NCBI RefSeq assembly: GCF_004010195.1
Contig: NC_057718.1
Coordinates: forward strand, 525,568-569,011
DNA from: Chiloscyllium plagiosum
Taxonomy: Eukaryota
Direction of reading: 5' to 3'
DNA length: 43,444 nt
Below are positions 1-10,505 of the stretch, one piece after another (positions within the stretch are counted from its first letter, which is position 1; each line of letters begins with the position of its first letter). The notes under the pieces are model-generated. The model was not told where the DNA came from. It saw only the letters and a list, made by a program, of their open reading frames with translations, and did no database searches. The translations under genes and the position numbers were made by a program.

Positions 1-347
1 TGAAACAGCTTCTGTTAGTGGAACTCCTCTCACTGAGACAGCAGCTGCTGCGAGGCGGCAGTATTTTATTCGGACAGTGTCATCCAGCAGATTCTTACCT
101 TCTTGAGAATTCTGATCAAGCACAAGCCATAGCATTATTATATGAGCTCTGCACGTCACAGGTACATATTGCACATATTGCTTATCCCTAATTGAGAAAC
201 TGACTGTAGCATTGAGCCGCAGTCCATAGTTCCACAGACTCAGCTGTTTGGAACTGGGTTCTCAGGTGTATACCAATTGACAGGTGTATGGAAGCAGGTC
301 AAGATCGTATGTGAATTGTAAGCCACTTTGCAGGGATTGATTTTATG
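1..347. repeat. Direct duplicate (copy 1, cut by window edge) of 3134-3480
   Basis: 1-347 reads identically to 3134-3480 (offset 3133); the copies diverge after ...gattgattttatg. Confidence 0.93.
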
Positions 348-759
348 ATGCATACACGGAGAGGCTGAATTGGCTGGGGCTTTTTCTCCTTTGAGTGTTG
401 GAGGCTGAGGGCTAATCTTACAGAGGTTTATAAAATCATGATAGGGTGAATCGCCAAGGCCTTTTTCCTCGGGTGGGTGTGCGGTTCAGCAGAAACACAC
501 AGGCCAGGAAAGAACAAAAAGGGGGTGAATTTATTCAATTCTGATCATTAGGATCAGAATCAAAGTTTCCAGTGGCAATACTAATGATAAAAAGGGAACT
601 AAAGTGAGCAGGTAGGTATGACTGTTTAACACAGAAATAGCCCTCGAGCGCACAGCAGGAGGTAACCACAGAGTGTTTACATTTGGTCTAAACCGAATTG
701 TCTTAAACTGAACAGGCAATTCTCAAGTACCTGTCTGAATGGGTCAGTTTCAAGTACTA

Positions 760-1185
760 GAGGCTGAATAGGCTGGGGCTGCTTTCCCTGGAGCGTCGGA
801 GGCTGAGGAGTGACCTTAGAGAGGTTTACAAAATTATGAGGGGCCTGGATAGGATAAATAGGCAAAGTCTTTTCCCTGGGGTGGGGGAGTCCAGAACTAG
901 AGGGTATAGGTTTAGGGTGAGAGGGGAAAGATATAAAAGAGACTTAAGGGGCAAATCTTTCACACATGGTGGTACGTGTATGGAGTGAGCTGCCAGAGGA
1001 TGTGGTGGAGGTTGGTACAATTGAAACGTTTAAAAGGCATTTGGATGGGTATATGAATAGGAAGGGGTTTGGAGGGATAAGGGCCGGGTGCTGGCAGGTG
1101 GGATTAGATTGGGTTGGGATATCTGGTCGGCATGGACGGGTTGGACTGAAGGGTCTGTTTCCATGCTGTACGTCTCTATGACTAT
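760..1185 (+). mobile_element. CR1-like LINE 3' fragment
   Basis: Encodes CR1 ORF2 C-terminus VVRVWSELPEDVVEVGTIETFKRHLDGYM; ends in ctctatgact tail; near-identical copy at 21490-21815. Confidence 0.85.
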
Positions 1186-1319
1186 ATGGCTAATAATGGA
1201 ATAGTGGAGGTTAGATAGACTTCAGGTTGGTTCCACAAGTGGGTTGTGCTTTGGCGGGTCGGTGTGGACTTGTTGGGCTGAAGGGCCTGTTTCCACACTG
1301 AGTAATCTAATCTAATCAA

Positions 1320-2545
1320 AATAGAGTTTGAGGAGGAAATAAATCACTGCACCCCTTGCAGTGCCGGGCTATGCTGAACTGAACAGCTCCTTCTCATAAA
1401 GGCTGGAACTGAAGTTTTATCTTTAATCTGTAAAAGTTTTCCAGTATAGGTTCTCAGTCTAGCTGAGGTTTTGCACAAACTTAAGGGTTGGAATGCAGAT
1501 TGAATCTTGTTCAAGCGTGGTTCTGTGATCACTGATACAGCCGCACCAGTATCAAGCTCCATTAGAACCTGGTCACCATTTAACCAGATGTTATTTTGGT
1601 TGGTTCTGATATGGATGTTGCTGAGTAATGTAACTGCTCCAAACCAGCTGTAGGTGGCCTTTCCAGGTGTGCACTATCCTAGATACCAGCCTACAGGTTC
1701 CCTGATTCAGTCCAAGTCTGGTCAGACTCCTTTACTGTCTTGAGTCCACATAGCGCTGCACCTACAATGCCATGACGGGCAGGATCCTGAAGAAAACGTT
1801 AACCATTTGGTTGAGACTTGGCTTTGTTTTGGTGTTTTGCTATTGGCTGACATGGAGTCCCTCTGTTCAGGATATGTCCAGAGTGAGGCTGGGCAATTGC
1901 TTTTGTTCAAGTGATGTCCCCCAAGGTCAGTCAGCCTGAGGAGGGTGTCCCCTTCCATCAGTGTACCCTGTAATTCATATGCTCCACTTGCTGCCTTTTC
2001 CAATGACAAAGCCAGTTGTAGTGTCTGTCTGAATTCCAGCTGGGCTTCAGCAATAGGCACTTTTGTAAGGTTATAGTATTCATCCCACAAACTGAACAGT
2101 CTCTCAGCATCTTACTAAGGGTCAAACCAAAGTCACATGCCTCTTCCAGTTGTCTTAACCTCGTCAAAAATCCCATTATGAATTCCTCTGGTTCTCGAAT
2201 GTCTGAGTGAAACTAATAGCATCTCAGAAGTACAGGAGGCTTGGGGTCAACTCTTGAAAGGTTTTAGTATCTGGTGCCTCAGGGAAAGTTTGGCTCCTAA
2301 TAACCAAAAAAGCAGAAGGTACACATGCTGTCAGGAGAATTACTCATTGCTTTCCGCTTTTTCCAATGTCATTTGCACGGAAAAAATAACACATTCTTTC
2401 CACAGACTAGACCCAGCCTTTGACAGCAGGATCGAATGTGTCAACCTTCCAAAATAACAGCATGATGCCAGAAATGCTTACCCCAACTCATAGATGACTG
2501 TTGTGAGTGAATTTCTTCAGAAGTGTGCTTTTCTTTTATTACCAT
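1320..2545 (-). mobile_element. Degenerate Ty3/Gypsy-like LTR retrotransposon internal region (gag-protease)
   Basis: Aspartic protease motif MELDTGAAVSVI (ORF 1344-1562) and gag-like LRQLEEACDFG...MLRD (ORF 1958-2176); frameshifted. Confidence 0.75.
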
Positions 2546-3031
2546 TGAAATAACTGCACAGAGGCCGGTATCCCATCACCAAACCACCCTTTAGTTACAC
2601 ATGGAAAAACTTTGGCTCTGATTCAGCTTCCTTAGAGCCAACAGAATCTCTGACATTCCTGTCTGTATCTGTCAGCCAAGGTTCCCTGATTGAACCGGGC
2701 TAACAGCCTCAGTCAGGGAACTCATAGAATCCCTACAGTATGGCAGTAGGCCATTTGGCTCATTAAGTCTACACCAACCCTTGGAAGAGCATCCCAGCCA
2801 GACCCAACCCATCTCTGTAACCCTACACTTCCCATGGTCAATCCACCTAACCCACACATCTCCGGAGAAAACCCACACAGGCAGACACGGGGAGAATGTG
2901 CAAACTCCACCCAGACAGTCACCCAAGGCTAGGATTGAATCCGTGTCCCTGGTGCTGTGAGGTAGCGGTGCTAACCACTGAGCCGCTGTGTGTCTGAGGA
3001 CCACTTAGCTGACCTGGTTACTACCATTACA
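2546..3031 (-). mobile_element. Putative 5' LTR of the Gypsy-like element, interrupted by a SINE
   Basis: Minus strand starts TGTAATGG at 3031 and ends ...TTTCA at 2546, followed by a PBS-like TGG upstream of the gag-like frame. Confidence 0.5.
2724..2990 (-). mobile_element. tRNA-derived SINE (elasmobranch HE1-like)
   Basis: Minus strand GGCTCAGTGGTTAGCACC A-box, degenerate B-box, GGAGTTTGCACATTCTCCCCGTGTCTGC body and attctatga tail. Confidence 0.8.
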
Positions 3032-3111
3032 TTCAAATCCCCCCAGCCTTGGTTACAAGCTTGGAACTGTAAATCACACTGGATTTTCTGTTGTCTCTCC
3101 TCGGGCTGCAG

Positions 3112-3294
3112 TTGTCTGTCCACGACCTGTGCCTGAAACAGCTTCTGTTAGTGGAACTCCTCTCACTGAGACAGCAGCTGCTGCGAGGCGGCAGTATTTT
3201 ATTCGGACAGTGTCATCCAGCAGATTCTTACCTTCTTGAGAATTCTGATCAAGCACAAGCCATAGCATTATTATATGAGCTCTGCACGTCACAG
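3112..3294 (+). other. Exon-like segment (183 nt, phase 0-0) of unknown gene; partial duplicate at 1-161
   Basis: Pyrimidine-rich tract + CAG acceptor at 3111, 61 open codons LSVHDLCLKQ...LYELCTSQ, CAG|GTACAT donor. Protein not recognised. Confidence 0.3.
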
Positions 3295-3480
3295 GTACAT
3301 ATTGCACATATTGCTTATCCCTAATTGAGAAACTGACTGTAGCATTGAGCCGCAGTCCATAGTTCCACAGACTCAGCTGTTTGGAACTGGGTTCTCAGGT
3401 GTATACCAATTGACAGGTGTATGGAAGCAGGTCAAGATCGTATGTGAATTGTAAGCCACTTTGCAGGGATTGATTTTATG
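3134..3480. repeat. Direct duplicate (copy 2) of 1-347
   Basis: Identical to window start. Confidence 0.93.
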
Positions 3481-3565
3481 GGTGTTGTACTGGGATATGG
3501 TATAAGAAGGTGTTGGACTGGGATATGGTATAAGAAGGTGTTGTACTGGGACATGGTATAAGAAA
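3481..3565. repeat. 28-bp tandem repeat x3
   Basis: ggtgttgtactgggatatggtataagaa three times with minor variants. Confidence 0.9.
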
Positions 3566-3859
3566 GTCACTTCCATTCAATGTTGTAGCCTCACCTCAGG
3601 AACCAGGTTTCTGAGCTGCAGCTATAGCAGTGGAAGAGTCCAAGTAGGAAATGAGAGAGAAATGAAGTAACTACCCATCAGCCAGCTTCACGTCAGGTTT
3701 AGCAAGTGATTGGAATTTATTCTCAGAGATAATGGTGACTTGGCACTTTGTCTGAGAGGACCCCATTCTAAGGACAGTGACTACAGTCAGTACAAATATT
3801 GTGGTTACTTTGTTCCTTCGTGATACATTGCCATGTTGCTAGCTTGGAGAAAGTGGTGA

Positions 3860-5770
3860 TTGCAGATGCTGGAGATCAGAGTGAAGAGGTGTGGTGCTGG
3901 AAAAGCACAGCCGGTCAGGCAGCGTCCAAGGAGCAGGAGAGTGGATGTTCTGAGCAGAAGCCCTTCATCAGGAGTGTGGGGGCTGAGAGATAAAAGGGAG
4001 GGGTGTGTGGCTGGGGTGAAGGTAGCTGGGAATGTGAAAGATATTTGAAGGTGAGGGGTGATAGTGACACGTGGAGGGAGGAGTGGATAGGTGGGAAGGA
4101 AGATGGATAGGTATGACAGTTCATAACTTTGGTGCTGAGCTGGAGCATTGGATTTGGGATAAGGTGGGAGGGGGAAGGGAGATGAGGAAACTGGTGAAAT
4201 CGACATTTGTTCCATGTGGTTGGAGAGTCCCAAGGCAGAAGACGAGGTGTTCTTTCTCCAGGCGTCGGGTGGCTAGGATTTGGCAGTGGAGGAGGCCCAG
4301 GACTTGCATGTCCTTGGCGGGAGGGGGAGTTGAAGTGTTCAGCCACAGGGCAGTGGGGTTGTTTAGTGCGTGTGTCCCAGAGATGTCCTCTGAAATCCTC
4401 CACAAATTGGCGTCCTGTCTCCCCAATGTAGAGGAGACCACATCGAGAGCAACAAACACATTGGTTGAGGTGTTTGGATGTGCAGGAAAATCTCTGCTGG
4501 ATAAAGAAGGATCCTTTGGGACCTTGGATGGAGGTGGGGGAGGAGGTGCAGGCACAGGTTTTACACCTCTTGCTGAGGCAAGGGAAGATGCCAGGAGTGG
4601 AGGGTGGGCTGGTGGAGGTGTGGACCTAACGAGTGAGTCGCAGAGGGAATTATCTCTGCGGAATGCAGATAGGGGTGGGGAGGGAAATATATCCCTTGTG
4701 GTGGGGTCTGGCAGTAGGTGGCAGAAATGGTGGAGGATGATGCATTGTATCCGGAGATTGGTGAGGTGGAAGGACCAGGGAGGTCTATCCTTGTTGAGGT
4801 TGGAGGGGTGGGGTTCAAGGGCAGAAGTGCATGAAGTGGGCGGGATGTGCTGGAGGGCATTGGTGACCACGTGAGAGGGGAAATTGCAGTCCATGTGCAG
4901 TCCGGGGGGCGGTGGGAGGAGGTGTAGTCCAAGTAGCTGTGGGAGTTGATGGGTTTGTAGTGGATGCCCATGTTAAGTCCAGGTCAACTTGAGGTGTTTG
5001 TGAAATTGATGAACTGTTCAACATTTTCATGGGAGCATGAGGTGCCGCCAATACAGTCATCAATGTAACGGAGGTAAAGGTGGGAAGTAGTGCCAGTGTA
5101 GCTGCGGAAGATGGATTGTTCCACGTACTCGACGAAGAGGCAGGCATAGTTGGGACCAATGTGGGTCCCCTTTTGGACTGAAGGAAGTGGGAGGATTCGA
5201 AGGAGAAATTGTTGAGGGTGAGGACCAGTTCAGCCAATCGAAAGAATGTGTTGGTGGAAGGGTACTGGTTGGGTCAGCAGGAGAGGAAGAAATGGAGAGC
5301 TTGGAGGCCTTTGTCATGGCAAATGGATGTGTACAGGGACTGGATGTTCATTGGGGACCTGGGAACCAACATCATGAGGAGGTGGAGGGTGTGGGTGGTG
5401 TCCCGAATGTATGTGGGGAGATCCTGGACCAAGGGGGAGTGTCAGTATATGCAGAGATAAATTTGGTGGGGCAGAAGCAGGTAGAGATGATGAGTCGAAC
5501 TGGGCAGTCAGGTTTGTGAATTTTGGGTAAGAGGTAGACTGGGCGGTGTGGGGTTCCTGGATGATGAGGTTGGAGGCCGTGGATGGGAGATCCCCTGAGG
5601 TGTGAGGTTGTGGATGGCCTGAGAGATGATGGTTTGGTGGTGGGAGATGACATTGTGGTTGAGGGGGCAGTAGGAGGAGGTGTCTGTGAGTTGGCACCCG
5701 GCTTCAGTGGTGTACCGCTTGGTGCGCCAAATGTCCACTCGGTTTGATGGTGAGGTTGGGGTTGGAGCGG
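3860..5770 (-). mobile_element. Degenerate Penelope-like retroelement (RT and GIY-YIG 3' region)
   Basis: Frameshifted fragments YLLPKIHKPDCPVRLIISTCFCPT, AELVLTLNNFSFESSHFLQ, HYKPINSHSYLDYTSSH, EKEHLVFCLGTLQPHGTN; terminal degenerate hammerhead near 3940-3972. Confidence 0.8.
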
Positions 5771-5787
5771 AGGAAGTGGAGGGCTGT

Positions 5788-6165
5788 GCGTTCTCATCTT
5801 CTGCCTTGGGACCCTCCAACAACACAAATTCAATGTCAATTTCACCAGTTTCCTCATCTCCCCTCCCCCCACCTGCTCCTCCATCTCAGTATCGCCCTGT
5901 TGAACTGTCCTACCTGTCCATCTTCCTTCCCACCTATCCGCTCCACCCTCCACTTTGACCTATCACCATCACCCCCCACCTTCATCTACCTGTCGCATTC
6001 CCAGCTACCTTCCACTCAGCCCCACCCCTTCCCAATTATGTCTCAGCCTCTTGAACACCACCCCCACCCCACATATTCCTGATGAAGAGCTTGCGCTTGA
6101 AATGTCGATTCTCCTGCTCCTCGGATGCTGCCTGACCGGCTGTGCTTTTCCAGCAACACACTTGA
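5788..6165 (+). mobile_element. Inverted 3' terminal (pLTR-like) copy of the Penelope-like element
   Basis: Reverse-complement similarity to ~3885-4260; contains CTGATGA...GAAA at 6079-6102. Confidence 0.75.
6075..6110 (+). ncRNA. Minimal hammerhead ribozyme motif, family A (partly degenerate)
   Basis: attc-CTGATGA-a-GAGC-ttgc-GCTT-GAAA-tGTC-gatt. Confidence 0.55.
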
Positions 6166-6570
6166 TATCCATGGCTTGGCCTCCAGCTCGCAGACTCTGA
6201 AGCGGTTATCCCACACTGGGGATATCTTTGTTCTCGATCATACTTGCATCCAAGAACTCTCACACATTTCAGCCGTGACACATCAACTGATCTGCCAAAG
6301 TGATGTATTTTATTTTATTTAGCTTTTTTTTACATATTTGATAGACCTTTCCCTGTGGTAGAGTATGATGAAAACAGGAAAAGAAGTAACTAACTCCCCT
6401 TTCTCACTAACTCCCCTACTCACCAACCTGACTGCACAGTCACATACAGTTAAGTGTAATGATGCCTCTGCCAAAAGTACATTGAATATGTGTGAACTCC
6501 TAAAACAATGTTAAATATCAGAATTGAGTAACTAATCCCTAATTAACAGGTATTCCTTGCTCCAATCTCC

Positions 6571-6665
6571 AGTCCTGAAGAAGGGCTTATGCCTGAAATG
6601 TTGACTCTCCTGCTCCTCGGATGCTGCCTGGCCTGCTGTGTTTTTCCAGCAGCTTTAATCTCCAG
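6571..6665 (+). mobile_element. Short Penelope-like terminal fragment with degenerate hammerhead motif
   Basis: CTGAAGA-a-GGGC-ttat-GCCT-GAAA-tgtt followed by ctcctgctcctcggatgctgcctg. Confidence 0.65.
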
Positions 6666-6744
6666 TGTGGATGGGACTGAGACCAGGCACTATCCCTTCC
6701 CAAGGCTGAAATACATCAGCTCTGACTGGGGCTGGATGGTAATT

Positions 6745-6930
6745 GCGCTTCTCTGGTGTTTACGGTAACGGCGTCTCTCATCTGAGCTTTACGGTAGGGG
6801 CGGAGATGACGCGATGAAAACGGATCGCTGATTGGTTTATCTCCCACTGGCGGCCTTACGTCACGGTGGTGCCCCGCTTTGATTGGACATTGACGGCTGG
6901 TCCGAGGAAAGGGTTACCCGGGCAACCGGA
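6745..6930 (+). promoter_or_regulatory. CpG-rich promoter, probably of FDFT1
   Basis: GC box GGGGCGGAG 6797-6805, inverted CCAAT (ATTGG) at 6831 and 6882, SRE-like ATCTCCCAC 6839-6847, CRE-like TTACGTCA 6856-6863, X-box-like GTTACCCGGGCAAC 6913-6926; Sp1/NF-Y/SRE mix is typical of sterol-pathway promoters. Confidence 0.65.
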
Positions 6931-7170
6931 GACAGAGCGAGATCCTGAGACAGAGAGACAGAGGGAGAGGGAGAGGGATAGGGATAGAAGGAGAGGGATA
7001 GAAGGAGAGGGATAGAGGGAGAGGGAGAGGGATAGAGGGAGAGAGAGAGGGAGAGGGGGAGAGAGGGAGGGATAGAGGGAGAGGGGGAGAGAGGGAGGGA
7101 GAGAGGGGGAGAGAGGAAGAGAGAGAGAGAGAGAGAGGGAGGGAGAGGGAGGGAGAGAGCGAGAGAGCAG
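6930..7170 (+). repeat. (GA)-rich polypurine low-complexity tract
   Basis: Runs of gaga/gggaga/gggata. Confidence 0.9.
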
Positions 7171-7254
7171 GGGAGTGCGATAACTGGGGAGCCCTTGCCA
7201 AGAGCTGGCATAGTTCCAGTGGGCTGAAAGATTTCTTTGTATCATTTCTCTTAG

Positions 7255-8180
7255 TGATCCCGGAGAGATCCCGGAGAGAGGGAGTGATCCCGGAGAGATC
7301 CTGGAGTGAGGGAGTGATCCCGGAGAGATCCCGGAGTGATGGTGTGATCCCAGAGTGATCCCGGAGAGAGGGAGTGATCCCGGAGAGAGGGAGTGATCCC
7401 GGAGTGATTCCGGAGAGAGGGAGTGATCCCGGAGAGATCCTGGAGTGAGGGAGTGATCCCGGAGAGATCCCGGAGAGATCCCAGATAGAGGGAGTGATCC
7501 CAGATAGAGGGAGTGATTCCGGAGAGAGGGAGTGATCCCGGAGAGAGGGAGTGATCCCAGAGTGATCCCGGAGTGAGGGAGTGATCCCAGAGTGAGGTGG
7601 TGATCCCAGAGTGATCCCGGAGTGAGGGACAGATCCCGGAGAGATCTCAGAGAGAGGGAGTTATCCCGGAGAGAGGGAGTGATCCCGGAGTGATTCCGGA
7701 GAGAGGGAGTGATCCCGGAGAGAGGGAGTGATCCCAGAGAGAGGCAGTGATCCCGGAGTGATCCTGGAGAGAGGGAGTGATCCCAGAGAGATCCCGGAGA
7801 GAGGGAGTGATCCCGGAGTGATCCCGGAGAGAGGGAGTGATCCCGGAGTGATCCCGGAGAGAGGGAGTGATCCCGGAGTGATTCCGGAGAGAGGGAGTGA
7901 TCCCGGAGAGAGGCAGTGATCCCGGAGTGATCCTGGAGAGAGGGAGTGATCCCAGAGAGATCCCGGAGTGAGGGAGTGATCCTGGAGTGAGGGAGTGATC
8001 CCAGAAAGATCCCGGAGAGATCCCAGAGAGAGGGAGTGATCCCAGATTGAACCCGGAGTGAGGGGGTGATCCCGGAGTGAGGTGGTGATCCCGGAGTGAG
8101 GTGGTGATCCCGGAGTGAGGGGGTGATCCTGGAGTGAGGTGGTGGTCCTGGAGTGAGGTGGTGATCCTGGGGTGAGGTGG
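7255..8180 (+). repeat. Compound minisatellite of 11-bp (gatcccggagw) and 19-bp (gatcccggagagagggagt) units
   Basis: Visible tandem repetition ending just before the FDFT1 ATG. Confidence 0.92.
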
Positions 8181-8194
8181 CTGCCTGAAGCCCC

Positions 8195-8287
8195 ATGGAT
8201 TTTCTCCAGTCTCTTGGACACCCGGAGGAGCTGCTGAACCTTATCAAATACAAACTGGGGCCAGGGGCCCGTTCCCGGAACCTGGAG
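8195..8287 (+). CDS. FDFT1: Squalene synthase coding exon 1
   Basis: MDFLQSLGHPEELLNLIKYKLG resembles vertebrate MEFVKCLGHPEEFYNL; GAG|GTACAG donor, phase 0. Confidence 0.9.
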
Positions 8288-8302
8288 GTACAGGAAGTGG
8301 GA

Positions 8303-8652
8303 GGGTCTGTGCCCGGTACCCGGGAGAGGGATGGAGGATGGGTGTCTGTGCCCGGTACCCGGGAGAGGGTTGGGAGGATGGTGTCTGTGCCCGGTACCCG
8401 GGAGAGAGTTGGGAGGTGGGTGTCTGTGCCCGGTACCCCGGAGAGGGTTGGAGGACGGGTGTCTGTGCCCGGTACCCCGGAGAGGGATGGGAGGATGGTG
8501 TCTGTGCCCGGTACCCGGGAGAGGGTTGGGAGGATGGTGTCTGTGCCCGGTACCCGGGAGAGGGTTGGGAGGTGGGTGTCTGTGCCCGGTACCCGGGAGA
8601 GTGTTGGAGGATGGGTGTCTGTGCCCGGTACCCCGGAGAGGTTTGGAGGTGG
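8303..8652 (+). repeat. 39-bp minisatellite x9 at start of FDFT1 intron 1
   Basis: gtgtctgtgcccggtacccgggagagggttgggaggatg units, giving nine 13-aa repeats in ORF 8195-8689. Confidence 0.92.
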
Positions 8653-9159
8653 CTGTCGGTGTTTCCAATTGAAGTTATTGACACCGTGAACTGTTGGGAA
8701 ATGTAACATCAACCATGGACAGTATTCTCTTCTCTCTCTGTTTATGAATCATACTTGCCCCTTGAGAAGGTGGGGGTGAGCTGCCTTCTTGAAACGCTGC
8801 AGTCCATGTGCTGTGGGTAGACCCACTGTCAGTAGGGTGGGGTGTTCCAAGGTTTTGATCCAGTGATAATGGAGGAATGGTGACATATTTCCAAACCGGG
8901 ATGGTCTTCTTCAGAATTTCTCCATTTAAATGGTGGTCATGGTGTTCCCATATATTTGCTGCCCCTGTCCTCTGAAATGGGATTGGTTGTTGGTTTTGGA
9001 AGGTGCTGTCTACAGAGCTATGCTGATGTTCTGCAGACTATACTGGAACAGCTTGGCTAGGGTAGCGGCAAGTTCTGGAGCACAAGTCTTCAGTATTATT
9101 GCCGGAATGTTGTCAGGACCCACAGCCTTCAATGAAATGATATTTTTTTCTTAAATAAG

Positions 9160-9930
9160 GGGATTAAAACAGCTCACAGTGCTCCAGATGTGGTCTCACT
9201 AGCACCTTGTACAGTTGCAGTAAGACTTCCCTATTCTTATACTCCAACCCCTTTGAAAGAAAGATCAATATTCCATGGATTTCATGATTACCTGCAGCAC
9301 CTATATGGTGGCTTCCTATGTTTCGTGCACAAGTACCGTGTATGTTGCAGCTTTCTGCAGTTTTTCTCAATTTAAAAATCATGCTGTTGTTTTGTTCTCT
9401 CTTCCAAATGAGCAACTTCGCACGTACCCGCATTATAATCCATTTGCCAACTTTTGTCCATTGATTTAATGTATTAATATCTCTCCACAAGCAGTTTGTA
9501 TCTCTCTCACAACTTACTTTGAAACCCTTTTTTGTGTCATTTTGAAAATTTGGCACAGTACATTTGCTTCCTTCTTCCAAGTCATGAATATATATTTACA
9601 ACAATTGTGGTTCCAGCACTATCCCTGTGGAACCCACTGGTCATGGGTTGCTAACCTGAAAATTAACTCCTTTCCTCACTTGCTGTTTTCTGCCCATGAG
9701 CCAATTCTCTATCCATCCCAATATTCTATTGCCAACACTGTGGGCTCTTATGACTTAATCTTTCGTGAGGTATCTTGTCAAGCGCCTTCTGCAAGTATAC
9801 ATACAATACATCGAGGTTCCCCACAGCCACTCTGATTGGGACTTCATCGAAAAACTCCAATAAATTAGTCAGATACAATTTCTCTTTCATGAAGCTGTGC
9901 TGACTCTGTTTGAATAGATTATGATTTGGA
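9160..9930 (-). mobile_element. Old CR1-like LINE RT fragment
   Basis: LTNLLEFFDEV...DVLYVYLQKALDKIPH and GLEYKNREVLLQLYKVLVRPHLEHC. Confidence 0.85.
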
Positions 9931-9947
9931 GATGTTGGACTGGGGTG

Positions 9948-10505
9948 TTTCAGAGAACACCTCTGGGACACCCGGACCAACCAACCCAACCACCCTGTGG
10001 CTCAACATTTCAATTCCCCCTCCCACTCCACCAAGGATATGCAGGTCTTTGGAATCCTCCATCGCCAGACCACAACAACACGACGATTGAAGGAAGAGCG
10101 CCTCATCTTCCGCCTAGGAACCCTCCAACCACAAGGGATGAACTCGGATTTCACCAGTTTCCTCATTTCCCCTCCCCCCACCCTGTCTCAGTCAAATCCA
10201 TCGAATTCAGCACCGCCTTCCTAACCTGCAATCTTCTTCCCGACCTCTCCGCCCCCACCCCAGTCTGACCTATCACCCTCACCTTGACCTCTTTCCACCT
10301 ATCACATTTCCGACGCCCCGCCCCCAAGTCCCTCCTCCCTACCTTTTATCTTAGCCTGCTGGACAAACCTTCCTCATTCCTGAAGAAGGGCTTATGCCCG
10401 AAACGTCGATTCTCCTGTTCCCTGGATGCTGCCTGACCTGCTGCGCTTTTCCAGCAACACATTTTCAGCTCTGATCTCCAGCATCTGCAGACCTCACTTT
10501 CTCCC
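9948..10505 (+). mobile_element. Penelope-like element 3' fragment
   Basis: AQHFNSPSHSTKDMQVFG...EERLIFRLGTLQPQGMN followed by terminal region with intact hammerhead. Confidence 0.85.
10376..10411 (+). ncRNA. Minimal hammerhead ribozyme, family A, intact core
   Basis: attc-CTGAAGA-a-GGGC-ttat-GCCC-GAAA-C-GTC-gatt: conserved CUGANGA/GAAA core, 4-bp stem II, palindromic ACGT at helix III. Confidence 0.75.

Noticed and set aside
481..760. Unique sequence between two CR1 fragments as a novel insertion
   Set aside because: No recognisable ORF or termini, and it abuts the suspicious duplication junction; may be low-quality assembly.
3074..3660. Possible minus-strand exon (AAG|GTAAGA donor near 3231, pyrimidine tract near 3620-3665) or a NEIL2 exon expected from synteny
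   Set aside because: No translation resembles NEIL2 or any protein I recognise; strand cannot be resolved without RNA data.
6856..8712. 618-aa, 335-aa and related minus-strand ORFs
   Set aside because: Translations of GA-rich and minisatellite sequence with no recognisable domain.
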